Origin: Isurus oxyrinchus
Lineage: Eukaryota
Assembly (NCBI GenBank): GCA_026770705.1
Contig: JANJGN010000152.1
Location: 124,001 to 188,000, forward strand
DNA length: 64,000 bases
Direction of reading: 5' to 3'
In this document: positions 1-11,239 of the stretch, piece after piece
How the letters are laid out: the number at the start of each line of letters is the position of its first letter
Numbering within the stretch: the stretch's first letter is position 1
The notes under the pieces: model-generated
Seen by the model: the letters and a program-made list of their open reading frames with translations, nothing else
Database searches by the model: none
Told to the model about the DNA's origin: nothing
Made by a program: the position numbers and the translations under genes

Positions 1-689
1 TGCACTTCATTTAATACAATCGTGACCGAACTTCTATATCAAAGCCACAATCCTGCTCCATCCCTTTATCCACTGACTCCCTTAGTGCCCCAAAATCCAT
101 CAGCTTCAAACTTGAATATGCTCAGTAATTGAATGCCCACAGTCCGCTAGCATAGAGAGTCCAAAAATCGGTAACTCTTAAATTTCTCATCATCCAAGAC
201 CCACATTCCTTATCCTGAAACTATGATCCTTAGTTACCCTCTATCTAGATGAAGAAACATCTTCTCGGTGTCTGCTTGTCGAGTTCCCAAAATAAATTGA
301 AATATTTCGATGAGATCACTTCTCATGCTCCGAAACTCTGAGACTAGAGGCCCATTCTACTCAATCTTCACCCTGTCTCCCTGGCACAAAACAGATCTGT
401 CCCAGTTCCTTCCTCCGGATACCAAAGGATATCGTAAAGTGACCTGGTGGATTTGCAAGTCAGTAAAGGTCACAAATGAACTCCGGAAATTGCAATACAT
501 TACTTGGTGATGCACATTGACATGGGCCATTAAAGTATTTCAAACAAATGTGCTAACAGCTGTAAGGAATCATTTACACACCGATGTTAAACCTTCAAGA
601 AGAAAATTCACCATCGGCAGATCTGTCTTCATGTGTATATTCCAAGTTCTCTTTACAGGAACATAGTTGCCCTGTACTCCGGCTATTCC

Positions 690-1640
690 CCCATTGGATT
701 CCCAATGCTCTGACACAGTTTTCCCTGCTCATAGCTGCTTTCAGTCCACTTGGGCGAAATCATATCTCATCTTAGTAAAGTCAGCCTTTCTCCAGTTTAG
801 AACTTTTATTCCTGGCCCAACCTTATACTTTTCCATATATATCCTAAATCTAACTGAGCAATGGTCACTATTCCCAAAATGCTCCCCTACTGATACGCTT
901 TCCACCTGCCTGGGCTCACTTCCGAACATTAGGTCCAGAACTGCCCCTTTCCTTGTTAGGTTTTTTACATACTGCCTAAAAAATGTTCTCCTGGATGCAA
1001 CTTAAGAATTTTGCTCCCTCCCTAACTTGCAGACGAAAACTCTCCCAGTTAAAATTTGGGTAGTAAAAATCCTCTACTATTGCTGTCTTACTATTCTTAC
1101 ACAGCTCTGAAATTTGATTAAATATTTGATCCTCTATGTCTCCCTAACTATTTGGGGGCCTATAGTACACACCCAACAGCGTGTTTGCCCCTTTTGTGTT
1201 TTTTCAGTTTTACCCATTTGGCCTCATTTGATGATCCTTCAAGGATATTATCTCTCTTCATTGTTATAATTCATTTCTTGATCAGTATTGCGGCCCACCA
1301 TTCTCTTCTATCCCCCTCTTGATCTTGTCTGAATACCCTATAACCAGGAATGTTGAGCTGCCAATCCTCCACTTCTTTTAGCCAAGTGTCGGTCATAACT
1401 ATGATATCATATTGCCAGGTGTCTGTCTATGCCCTCAGCTCGTCTGTCTTATTCCTCAGGCTCCCTGCATTAAAGTATATTCAATTTAGCCTGGCTAAAC
1501 TCTCTTCTTTCTTATCTAGCCTATGATCTCTCTGCCTTCCAGACTCACCTACTAGCATTTTAACTTCTAATTCCATCTCAGCTTCTCTCCCCGTTGAACT
1601 ACGTTTCAGGATCCCATCACTCTGCCAATTTAGTTTAAAT
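690..1640 (-). mobile_element. CR1-type LINE internal fragment (endonuclease region of ORF2)
   Basis: ORF 741-929 reads VESVSVGEHFGNSDHCSVRF...KVLNWRKADF, the SDH motif region of a CR1 APE endonuclease; boundaries approximate. Confidence 0.75.
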
Positions 1641-1936
1641 CCAATTCAATTTAAATGAATTCATCGCTACATTGAGAGTCACAGAGCCATTCCTGAAAGA
1701 TCACAACAAAACATGACACTCAACAACAAGAGGTTAGGAACCTTGCCAGAATTATATTATTTGATTTCAATTTGCACTTATAATATAACCGACCATTATA
1801 AGTTTATTTACTTCAATTTACATAATGTATTTTACGGCAGTTTCTGAGCCTGACTGTAATATTGATCAACCTTTCCCCACATCCCCTGTCAGTGTCCTAC
1901 ATACTTTGGCTGCAGCCTGTTCACGGACTTCATTTA

Positions 1937-2690
1937 GAACCATAGAACCATAGGAAAGTTACAACAGAGGAGCACATTCGGCCCCTCTTGTCCATTCCAG
2001 CCCGAGGACACCCAGGTGCCCTTTCTAATCCCATCTTCCTGCACCAGACCCATACCGCTGCTGCTTACAGCACTAATGGTGCAGATCCAGGTACTTTTAA
2101 AAAGAGTTTAGACTTTCTGCCTCTACCACCAACTTGGGCAGCGAATTCCAGACACCCACTACCATCTGCGTAAAAAAGTTCTTCCTCATGCCCCCCTACA
2201 TCCTCTGCCACTTATCTTGAATCTATGTTCCCTGGTTCTAGAAATCTCCACCAAGGGAAACAATTTTATCCTGTCCACTCTATCTATTCCCCTCATAATT
2301 TTGTACATCTCAGTTAAGTCACCTCTCAGCCTTCTTTGTTCTAAGGAAAATAACCCCAAACTATCCAATCTCTCCTCGTACATACACTTTTTCAACCATG
2401 GCTACATTCTTGTCATCCTCTTCTGCACTGTCTCCAGATCTATTACTTCCTTTCTGTAATGTGGTGACCAAAACTGCACACAATACTCCAGTTGTGGCCT
2501 GACCAGTGTTTTATACAATTCCAACATTATATCCTTACCGTTATATTCTATACCTCTGCGAATGAACGACAGCATTCCATATGCCTTCTTTACAACCTTG
2601 TCTGCTTGAATGCTGCCTTCAGAGATCTGTGTGCTTGTACGCCAATATTTCTCACTTCATCTACCCCTCTCAGTATATTCCCATTTAAGC
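1937..2690 (-). mobile_element. CR1-type LINE 3' fragment
   Basis: ORF 2186-2395 YEERLDSLGLFSLEQRRLRGDLTEMYKIMRGIDRVD is the CR1 ORF2 C-terminus; terminal AGAACCAT tandem repeat near 1937-1952. Confidence 0.9.
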
Positions 2691-2924
2691 AGGGCGTGTT
2701 GCTGAGTTAGAGAGTATTTATACAAAATGAACAGATTTCACAAGATAGTGCCTGTGATCTTTAAAGCAAACCCCAGATATAGATGATCTTTAGAATATTT
2801 CCTTAACGCTGGAATATGTTCTGTCACCATTAACAATCCAGTGTTTGCTGGCGACAACGAACAGACGAGGATTACACCACTCTCCCCACGCCCTCCCCCC
2901 CAGCCCCATCTCCACAAGTGCAGC

Positions 2925-3105
2925 CATTCCCCTGTTAGAGCACTGACTGTAGTCCAGCTCGCGGTGTTTCCAGTCAGTGTCAGTCACCTCACGACCGATG
3001 GATCGCCCAGGCCCGCGGAGACACAAAGTGAAGAGAGAGCATCCTGAGACACGAAAGCAAATTATTGGGGGTGGGGATTAGAACGCGCGTTTTCGAATCT
3101 GATTC
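2925..3105 (+). promoter_or_regulatory. Orphan family-A V promoter region (gene missing)
   Basis: Reverse complement of the 5' flank of the V at 3791 (agcactgactgtagtccag...gagagcatcctgagacacg...ggggattagaacg); joins directly to the 3' flank of that V. Confidence 0.65.
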
Positions 3106-3286
3106 TGTGCTCGTCTCTAGGTCGAATCGGATTCTACAGTTTGTGTTCCGGCCGCTCCTGGAAACAGTTGATGACAGTTTGATCCGAAGTTAATTTGGTT
3201 TCCTCTCGGTGTGTGCTTGAGCTGCTGGCAGCTGCGATTCTACACAAGCCCCAACAGACTGGAACTCCTTTTCACAGCGAAAAGGC

Positions 3287-3791
3287 AGTTTTTGTACAGG
3301 GGTGAGACTGTTTTCCATCGCCGTGAGTCTATGGGAGCAGTAATACACGGCAGCGTTAGTCAGCCGCAGACCCGAGATGATCAAGCTGGTGAATTTGCTC
3401 GCGGTTTGGAGCTTGACTGAGAAACGGCTTTTGGCAAAATCAGCTTTATCTTCAGCACCGGCCGAGTGTTTCCACCATATAAACTCGGGCTGCGAATCCG
3501 GGTGTTTCCGGTGCCAGTATAAATAATAGCCGCTCATTGTAGTGTCATAGGTACAGCTTAAAGTCACCGCATCTCCTTCTGTCTTTACACCTGAGGACAG
3601 CAGCTGAGTGACAGAATCTCCATGACTCAGATCTGAAAAACATGTTCAAGCTGAAAAAGATCAGGTCGAGGATTGGTTAAAATTCACGTTTAAATAATTC
3701 TTGAAAAATGAGAGAAAACATAAAATACGTGTGGTCCACAATTATCTGTCAGAAATGGTCCCCAAACAACCCAGATGCGGAGTAGCCGCAT
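3287..3791 (-). pseudogene. TCR alpha/delta V segment, family A; V exon open, leader splice donor mutated
   Basis: Leader 3746-3791 MRLLRIWVVWGPFLT followed by ATAAT rather than GTAAT. V exon 3326-3632 DSVTQ...LSC...YWHR...AVYYCSHR. RSS CACGGCG (3319-3325), 23 bp, ACAAAAACT (3287-3295). Confidence 0.9.
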
Positions 3792-5211
3792 TGTCGCTGT
3801 CCGCTCTGTGAAAGGGGAGTTGGTTATTTGAAGATACCCGTTCTAAACCCCAGCCTTAATAATCTGCTGTCCTGTCTCAGGATGTTCTCATCTCAGTACC
3901 TGTGCCCCCAGTGGTGATGTCTGGACGCCAGTTGGTGAGCTGGCTCCCAATGCATTGAAACATTCCGAACTGGGCTACAGTCAGTGTTCTTATAGGCGAA
4001 ATGGTTTCGCAGTTAGACACGTGAGGCAGGAGACTGAAACCCTTGTTTAGTTACTGTAACCGGGAACATAAAGTTGCTGATAGTGTTTGTTATTCTGGCG
4101 TGAATTCTTCAGCTCCAGTTCCAGTAGTCTTACCAACAGGACACAGGTAACCGTGACTCCAGTGAGGTTTCCCTCCTCAATTAATAAAATAGTGAACTAA
4201 CAATCATTTCGCATTTTTCCAGAGTGGTTTTTAGATCCGTTATGTTGAAAGGATGATATCTGCTGTTACTGAACATACAACTGAGTAAAATAAATAATAA
4301 ACTCTGGCTGTAATTTAATCAATGTTACCAGAACTGCCCTCTTTTTTAAAGTTTGCATTTAAAATTCTGTTTCAGTTTGTTCTATTGAATTCTGACATCA
4401 GTTGTGTCCGTGATGATTAATCTAAGCATCTATAATTTACAAAATTAGAGGATTAGAATTTGTGACGAGAGAGAATTTGGGGTCCGCCGCATCTGTGTTT
4501 TTTTTTTGCAATTTGCCTCTCATCAGTTTAAAGTGTTTGGGAACAGAGCGCAGCGAGCGGGTTCAAAGCCTCCAGAGTGAAGTGTCGAGCGGGTTTTCAT
4601 GAACAGGAACACAACACCAGCAGGACTGTTTTTACAACTTTAGCAGGGTTAGAAAAAAGCAGTGGAGCAGAAAAAGAAATAAACCACACAAGTTTTTAGT
4701 TTGTCTTGCGTTCCTTTAACACCCATTTCCACCATTGGTGCAGTTAGAATTATTGCGATCGGACGCCCTCTTTTGGGCGCTCTGAGAAATTTTCGGGCGC
4801 CGTTCATCAGGTTACAAGAGATTCTGTGTTTCAGCACTGACCTGATGTGACAATTCATTTTCGTAGATTGTTCGTTTGAGCGGTCCCGACTTAGTATTCT
4901 GAGCAGAAGCAAAGGTTTTATATAATTAAACTAAAGGCTGCAACAAGGATCGGGGAAGTGTTCTGAGTAAAAAGTGAAGACAAGTCATGAAAGGCAAGGG
5001 AAAGGCAAAATACATTAAAAGGCAAAAGGCCAGTTCAGGTTCGACAGGTGTATCTGTAAATTTTATTTTTATTATAGATGTGAGCTTTTGAAATAATTTT
5101 AGAAGTGGAACTTGCCTATTCTTGTTCAGTGTTGTGCTTCATTTCAGTTTTTAAAAATCCCTGTGAATCTCACGTGGTGGCTGATTTAGTGCATCCGTTT
5201 TATCTGTGCGG

Positions 5212-5227
5212 CAGCGCCCTCTAGTGA
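5212..5227 (-). promoter_or_regulatory. CTCF-consensus motif next to RSS
   Basis: TCACTAGAGGGCGCTG on the minus strand, 23 bp beyond the nonamer of the V at 5251. Confidence 0.7.
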
Positions 5228-5250
5228 CTCTAACTGCAACCCCCAGTGTG

Positions 5251-5748
5251 GGTTATTGTACAGTATCCACTGTACCTCTGCAGCACTGTGGGGCTCATGG
5301 CACAGAAATACATGGCGGTATCAGAGAACAGGGCATTGCTAGTCGTTAACTCAGTAGTTTCGGCAGCTTTACTAAACGTAGAAGAGAATCGGTCTGTAAA
5401 GTTTGGTTTCCGCTTTGCTATCCCCCCACAGAGGTAAATCACAAACTGTGGGGGCTGCCCGGGCTGCTGATTGTAACACTGGGCGAGGATCACTTGTCTT
5501 CAAGGTGCAGTTTATGGCGTCATTCCCTTCCACTTTAACCGTCATTTCAGGTACCGACTGCTCCACTGAATCGTCATGACTCCATTCTAACATAGACAAT
5601 TACGATATTTAACGTTGCATCATCAGGACAAGCATTTTGCCATAAATAATGACTGAGATACGGCAGCCAGGGGGACAAGTAATTTGTACTAGGAAATATA
5701 CTTTCTGAGAAGTGACATCATAACGAGTGGTCTGAGATAGTCCCACAT
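5251..5748 (-). pseudogene. TCR alpha-like V pseudogene, family B
   Basis: Leader from ATG 5748 with donor GAAAGT. V exon 5291-5586 frameshifted in CDR1, Trp>Cys, ends DTAMYFCAMS. RSS CACAGTG, 24 bp, ACAATAACC. Confidence 0.9.
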
Positions 5749-6511
5749 GATGCTCCCTGCATCTGTTACTCTGTTGTCCATGAATCCTCTGTCAGGGTAG
5801 AAATAGAGGTCTCCTCCCCATTGGACTCCTGATCCAACCAATGTCAAACAGGGAAAAGCGGCAACAATCTCTCCAATAAAACAGGGCAGGCAAGGCAGGT
5901 CAGAGCGAGAAGAGCAAAAGGAAGATGTGGGCGGGGCTACTGCAGGCAGTGTTGTCACACGTAGGATTTATCTACAAGGAACTGAACTCAATAATAATCA
6001 CAGCATCGAAAATTATATAACTTTTCCTGTGTGTAAGAACTGTAGCTTAATCTTCATTCCATATTGCTGGCAAGCAGGCTCGCAAACGCAGTGCCAGAGT
6101 TAGTAAATTATTCAATAGTAAGCGTCATCTTCATCAGCGATGCGGATTGAAACCAGGGCCTAATACATGAGCAACAGGATTCGGAGTGGTTCTGAATTAA
6201 TGTATAAGATTGTAGAAAAAGCTTTAAACGTTTATATTGGTGACGGTAAAAGGAAATGTACCCAGTTTTCAGAAAAGACTGAAGAAACGAATGGTAAGAA
6301 GCATTTAAGAAGGGAAAGGTGTCGAAAACCAAATAAGGCATCACAGACCGACTTTTCAACCTCATATCTATTAAAAATACAAGGTGCAATCACAAACCAA
6401 TATGACTGTGCAAGTGGACCTCACCTGCTGCTGCTATTGAGTCCTGTGTTTTGTTGCAATTTTCAGAATCTCCCTCACGCTCTCACTGTGGAAACTGAAT
6501 TACCGGTGTGT

Positions 6512-6527
6512 GCGCGCCCTCTGGTGA
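6512..6527 (-). promoter_or_regulatory. CTCF-consensus motif next to RSS
   Basis: TCACCAGAGGGCGCGC on the minus strand, 24 bp beyond the nonamer of the V at 6552. Confidence 0.7.
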
Positions 6528-6551
6528 ACACATGCTGGAACTGCCCGTGAG

Positions 6552-7088
6552 GGTTTTTGTACGGGATCCGCTATATCTCTGCAGCAGTGTGGGCTCCATG
6601 GCACAGAAATACACGGCGCTGTCGGGGGTCAATGTGTTACTGATCGTTAATCTTGTTATTTTTATGAAAAGTAGAAGAAAATCGATCATTGAGGTCGGTG
6701 CCTCTTTGCACACTCTGGCCAATAAGACGAAACATGTACATTGGGGGTTTCCCGGGGCGCTGACTGTACCAGTGCACATAAGGGTTAGAATCACTTGTTT
6801 TCAAGGTGCAAGTTAGTGTGACATTACTTTCCTCTTCAGCAGTTATTTCGGAAACCGGCTGCTCCACTGTGTCTTGATGACTCCATTCTAACAGAAATAA
6901 TAATAAAGACAACGATCAGTATCAGCCCCATTTTAATCAAAATAATCATCACCAACACCACCAGTATTATTTTACCAGCAATAACATCTGGGTTATAGCT
7001 GTCAGGAGGAGAATGGAGTTTTACTCGGAAGGAAATACTTACTGAAAAGTGACATAATGATGAGGATAGGAGCGAGACTGTTCCCCAT
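6552..7088 (-). pseudogene. TCR alpha-like V pseudogene, family B
   Basis: Intact leader 7043-7088 MGNSLAPILIIMSLF|GTAAGT. V exon 6592-6887 DTVEQ...LTC...HWYSQRPG..., ~8-nt deletion in FR3, ends DSAVYFCAME. RSS CACACTG, 24 bp, ACAAAAACC. Confidence 0.92.
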
Positions 7089-7844
7089 GATACTTCCTGA
7101 GTCAGTAACTCTGCAGAGCGAGAAGTCCCCTGTCGGAGCAGAAATACAGATCCCCGTCCCACTACACTGCTGATCCAGCCAATGACAGGAATGGACCAGC
7201 AGCAGCAACCTCTCGAATAGCACAATCAGGTCAGAGCGACAGCAGCAAACGGAAGCATTGGGCGGTGATCTGCAGACTTAAAGCCGAGCGAAATGTGCTG
7301 TGACTCTCAGCTGCACTCGGAACTGATGGAGCATAAATAGCGAAGGTTGAGTCTCCAGAACTTCCTCACCATCCTACACCTGCTCACTGTTGAAGTGACT
7401 GAGAACAAATAGAGTAGGAGGGACAGGAAGAGACTCGAATCATGGAATGTGAGAGCAAGCAACGGCTGATGGGAACCTGCTTCCTTGACTGTGGTGGATG
7501 TTGTGTGAGTTGGACCTGCTTTCGGCTAGAAAGCTGAAGAAGAGGATTTACAGAGAACAGTCCCGGTTTCTCTGAGCCCCTCACCCATGGTACGATTCTG
7601 ATGTATCGCTTTCACACTTTCTCCAAAGGCCTTACATTCTTTTCTAATTCATGGTGCTCAGGATTGGACACTGCAATGGGGTGCCCCTGGCAAAGCCAGC
7701 ATTTGCTGCCCAAGCCTAACTGTCCGCAAACTCCATATTTCGGAGATAAAAACAAAGAAAACTGCGGATGCTGGAAATCCAAAACAAAAACAGAATTACC
7801 TGGAAAAACTCAGCAGGTCTGGCAGCATCGGTGGAGAAGAAAAG

Positions 7845-7883
7845 AGTTGACGTTTCAGGTCCTCATGACCATTCGACAGAACT
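7845..7883 (-). ncRNA. Minimal type-I hammerhead ribozyme motif (PLE terminal repeat)
   Basis: AGUU-CUGUCGA-[GGUC AUGAG GACC]-GAAAC-GUC-AACU; core A6 replaced by U. Confidence 0.55.
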
Positions 7884-8741
7884 TGATTTCGAGTCCAAGA
7901 AAGAGTTGAAATATAAGCTGGTTTAAGGTGTGTGTGGGGGGGGGGGGGGGGGGCGGAGAGATAGAGAGAGAGAGAGGTGGTTGTGTGGACAAACAAGCAG
8001 TGATAGAAGCAGATCGTCAAAAGATGTCAGCAAGAATGGTACAATAGGACACATAGGTGTTAAAGTTAAAGTTGGTGATATTATCTAAACGAATGTGCTA
8101 ATTAAGAATGAATGGTAGGGCACTCAAGGTACAGCTCTAGTGGGGGTGGAGGGAGCATAAAAGATTTTAAAATATGTAAAAATAATGGAAATAGGTGGGA
8201 AAAGAAAAATCTATATAATTTATTGGGGAAAAAAGGGGGGGGAAACAGAAAGGGGGTGGGGATAGGGGAGGGAGCTCACGACCTAAAGTTGTTGAATTCA
8301 ATATTTAGACCGGAAGGCTGTAAGGAGCCTAGTCGGAAGATGAGGTGTTGTTCCTCCAGTTTGCGTTGGGCTTCACTGGAACAATGCAGCAAGCCAAGGA
8401 CAGACATGTGGGCAAGAGAGCAGGGTGGAGTGTTAAAATGGCAAGCGTAAGGGAGGTTTGGGTCATTCTTGTGGACAGACCGCAGGTGTTCTGCAAAGCG
8501 GTCGCCCAGTTTACGTTTGGTCTCTTCAATGTGGTCTCCTCTACGTTTAGATAATATCACCAACTTTAACTTTAACACCTATGTGTCCTATTGTACCATT
8601 GTTGCCGACATCTTTTGATGATCTGCTTCTATCACTGCTTGTTTGTCCACACAACCACCTCTCTCTCTCTCTATCTCTCTGCCCCCCACACACACACCTT
8701 AAACCAACTTATATTTCAACTCTTTCTTGGACTCGAAATCA

Positions 8742-8780
8742 AGTTCTGTCGAAGGGTCATGAGGACTCGAAACGTCAACT
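8742..8780 (+). ncRNA. Minimal type-I hammerhead ribozyme motif (PLE terminal repeat)
   Basis: AGUU-CUGUCGA-A[GGGUC AUGAG GACUC]-GAAAC-GUC-AACU; helix I AGUU/AACU, palindromic ACGU helix III. Confidence 0.55.
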
Positions 8781-8861
8781 CTTTTCTTCTCCGCCGATGC
8801 TGCCAGACCTGCTGAGTTTTTCCAGGTAATTCTGTTTTTGTTTTTTTTCCATATTTCGGAG

Positions 8862-9125
8862 TCAACCACATTGCTGTGGGTCTGAAGTCACATGTAGGCC
8901 AGACCAGTTAAGGATAACAAATTTCCTTCCCTACATTCCTTACAACAACGGATGATAGTTTCATTGTCACCATTACTGAGATTGTTTTATATTCCAGATT
9001 AATTAATTGAAATTAAATTCCAGCAGCCGCCATGGTGGGACTTGAACCCATGCTCCCAGAACATTTTCCTAGGCCTCTGAATTGTTAGTCCAGTGATATT
9101 ATTAATACTCCACTATGTCCCCACA
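8862..9125 (-). mobile_element. tRNA-derived SINE interrupted by the Penelope-like insertion (3' end at ~7680-7731)
   Basis: Matches the SINE copies at 15887 and 37620 (gtcaaccacattgctgtgggtctg...ggacttgaaccc). Confidence 0.7.
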
Positions 9126-9498
9126 TTTGTCATCACTTTCTGGCATTAGCATGAGAAACAGAACTGACTGTTTAATCAGGTCCAAATTAGACTTCTGAGA
9201 GACATTATCTGACATTTGCGCTTTAACATGTAAATCAAGAAATCCAAAATCTAGTCAATGACCCCATTCTAAACCGGACTGAACAGAATTCACCAGCAGA
9301 GGGCTCCAAGGGCATCGCCAATTCACGTGTCACCAACGGTAAAGTCAATAGTGATGGTTTCCTGAGTGAGGTCACAATGGGCCTGGCCCCCTGCAGTATG
9401 TGTGTGGAACAATGAGCTGAACAGATTGCGGGTGAGGGAACTCCGTCTCAACCTCTGACTCATTCCATTCACATTCACTGACAGAGATTCAATCAGAC

Positions 9499-10013
9499 AT
9501 GTTTCTGATAATACTAGCCGCTCTCGATTATGGTAATCAAGACACGTTAGCAGATTGATGCAATTGCAACTTGTACAGGAATTTAATGCTGTTAGCGGTC
9601 CTACATATGCATATTATGGATAGTTGGGAGGTGGGAATTCATACAAATTCACACAGCTAGACACAGAATTAGATCAATCCTGTTTAAACTCCTGCTCTTT
9701 TGTTCCTCTTTCTGTCACAGATGGACAATGTGCAGATCCAGTAACACAATCTCCAGTGGCAATAAACGTGTCAGAAGGGGTTTGGTGAAGTTATATTGCC
9801 TAGCATCGGCAAAAAAAGCCTCCAAGCTGGATCATTAGCAAAGCAACAACGCTAAAGTGATTCGAAATCTCAGGACGATATCTGGTGGCTGCTGACAAGT
9901 CTAAACAGTCCAGTTACCTCAATATAAATGGACTGAGTGTGGTGGGCGGGCCGGTCAATTACTATGCAGTGAGGCACGGCGTCAGATAAGAGCCAAGATC
10001 CCGTACAAAAACC
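9499..10013 (+). pseudogene. TCR alpha-like V pseudogene, family F
   Basis: Leader 9499-9532 MFLIILAALDY|GTAATC. Exon from 9721 ADPVTQSPVAINVSEG, then frameshift and deletion; FR3 GRYLVAADKSKQSSYLNI. RSS CACGGCG (9975-9981), 23 bp, ACAAAAACC. Confidence 0.88.
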
Positions 10014-10689
10014 TGAGTATTCCAGGTTTATTCGGGGCTCTTTGGCTCTTTTACGTGCGGGATTCCTGACCCCAAGCCAACTGAGATCAAATATTGGCAC
10101 GTTGGCTTTTCAAGCAGTTTTATTGCTGTTGTTGCCCTTGTTCACATCAAAGGGAACCGGTCTTGGAAATCTTCAGCCATTTCTCTATGTCCACAGCTCT
10201 CTCTCTCTTCGGTAAGTGTCTCCAAGTTCACCCGGAATATTAATATGTGAACAGAGGCAGAGAAAGCTTTTCGGATGTACAGCAACGAAAGCCTAAAATT
10301 ACGAACCTCTCTTCCAGACCTCTAAGTCAGACAAACCCGGGGAGATACTGCGCCACTTGTTCCTGTAACAAAATACAGAATTTGCCAAAGTCGGGGACTG
10401 GATGTAACATAAAATATGCAATGACTATTTCAACATACAGTCGCCATATAACATCACCAGAAAGGAACGTGGGGTGTTTCGGGTTTCGATTTTGACAGGA
10501 AATAACTGAATTTTAAAGGTTTTTTGACAGTTTTCTTCTGATTTTAAAGAATAAACATGAACTAGGGGCAGGCTTCACATATTGGGATGCCGAGGGGGAG
10601 TATAATATGTAAGAAAGCTCTCTGATACTGGCACAGGTTACAAACGGTCATATGAATAAACATAAGAGGTGCCTTTTTTGCCAGTTGCT

Positions 10690-10863
10690 TGAAAGTAAAG
10701 GTCTCGGGGATTCCCCGGATACCGGATGTACCAGAACAATGTTGAATCAGTTTTCGATTAACTGTGCAGCTCAAAGTAAAGATCTGCCTTTCCTGAAGCA
10801 TTACTAAAGGCGGATTCTGGGGCACCCATTCAGCCCTGTTTATCTTCAGAATGAGTGAATCGT
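10690..10863 (-). pseudogene. 5' half of a V relic
   Basis: Acceptor ttttacccag, then VPQNPPLVMLQERQIFTLSC and, after a frameshift, TLFWYIRYPG; no FR3 or RSS found. Confidence 0.55.
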
Positions 10864-11239
10864 CTGGGTAAAAATATAACTATTGAAACGCATACATGCA
10901 TTGATCATTTGAACATAGACTCTCTGAGCAACACGAAAAATAGTAAGAATAATATGAACAAGAAGAATGCGACATAATAATGCAAGCGAATCCTTCAGTA
11001 ATTTAAGGCATTATTGAATTCCCAGGCAGTTTCCATTTACCTCACAGAGACACGAGAGGGCGCTGCATCATCGTTTTTGGATGTTGCCTGCAGCAGATCA
11101 GTCAAAAGACTACAAGGGCCTAGGGAATGAGGAAGGCCTTTCGTCCCATCTTATTTCGCCTGTCTAGAAATGCCCCGCACCCCGACAGTTTCCTCTGGTA
11201 AATACAAAACTAATTCCTCGATTTTGAATTCTGTTACTC

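Larger units (their letters stand above)
7746..8847 (-). mobile_element. Penelope-like retroelement, 5'-truncated, with inverted terminal repeats and 14-bp TSD
   Basis: GIY-YIG C-terminal remnant ETKRKLGDRFAEH...HFN...RKLEEQHLIFRLGSLQPSGLNIEF (8276-8530); inverted arms ~7781-8091 and ~8544-8845; TSD TCCATATTTCGGAG at 7732-7745 and 8848-8861. Confidence 0.88.

Noticed and set aside
3326-3632. NAR-TCR supporting delta-V
   Set aside because: Retains a leader remnant and promoter, lacks the extra CDR1 cysteine, and has no upstream same-strand NAR V-D-J cassette.
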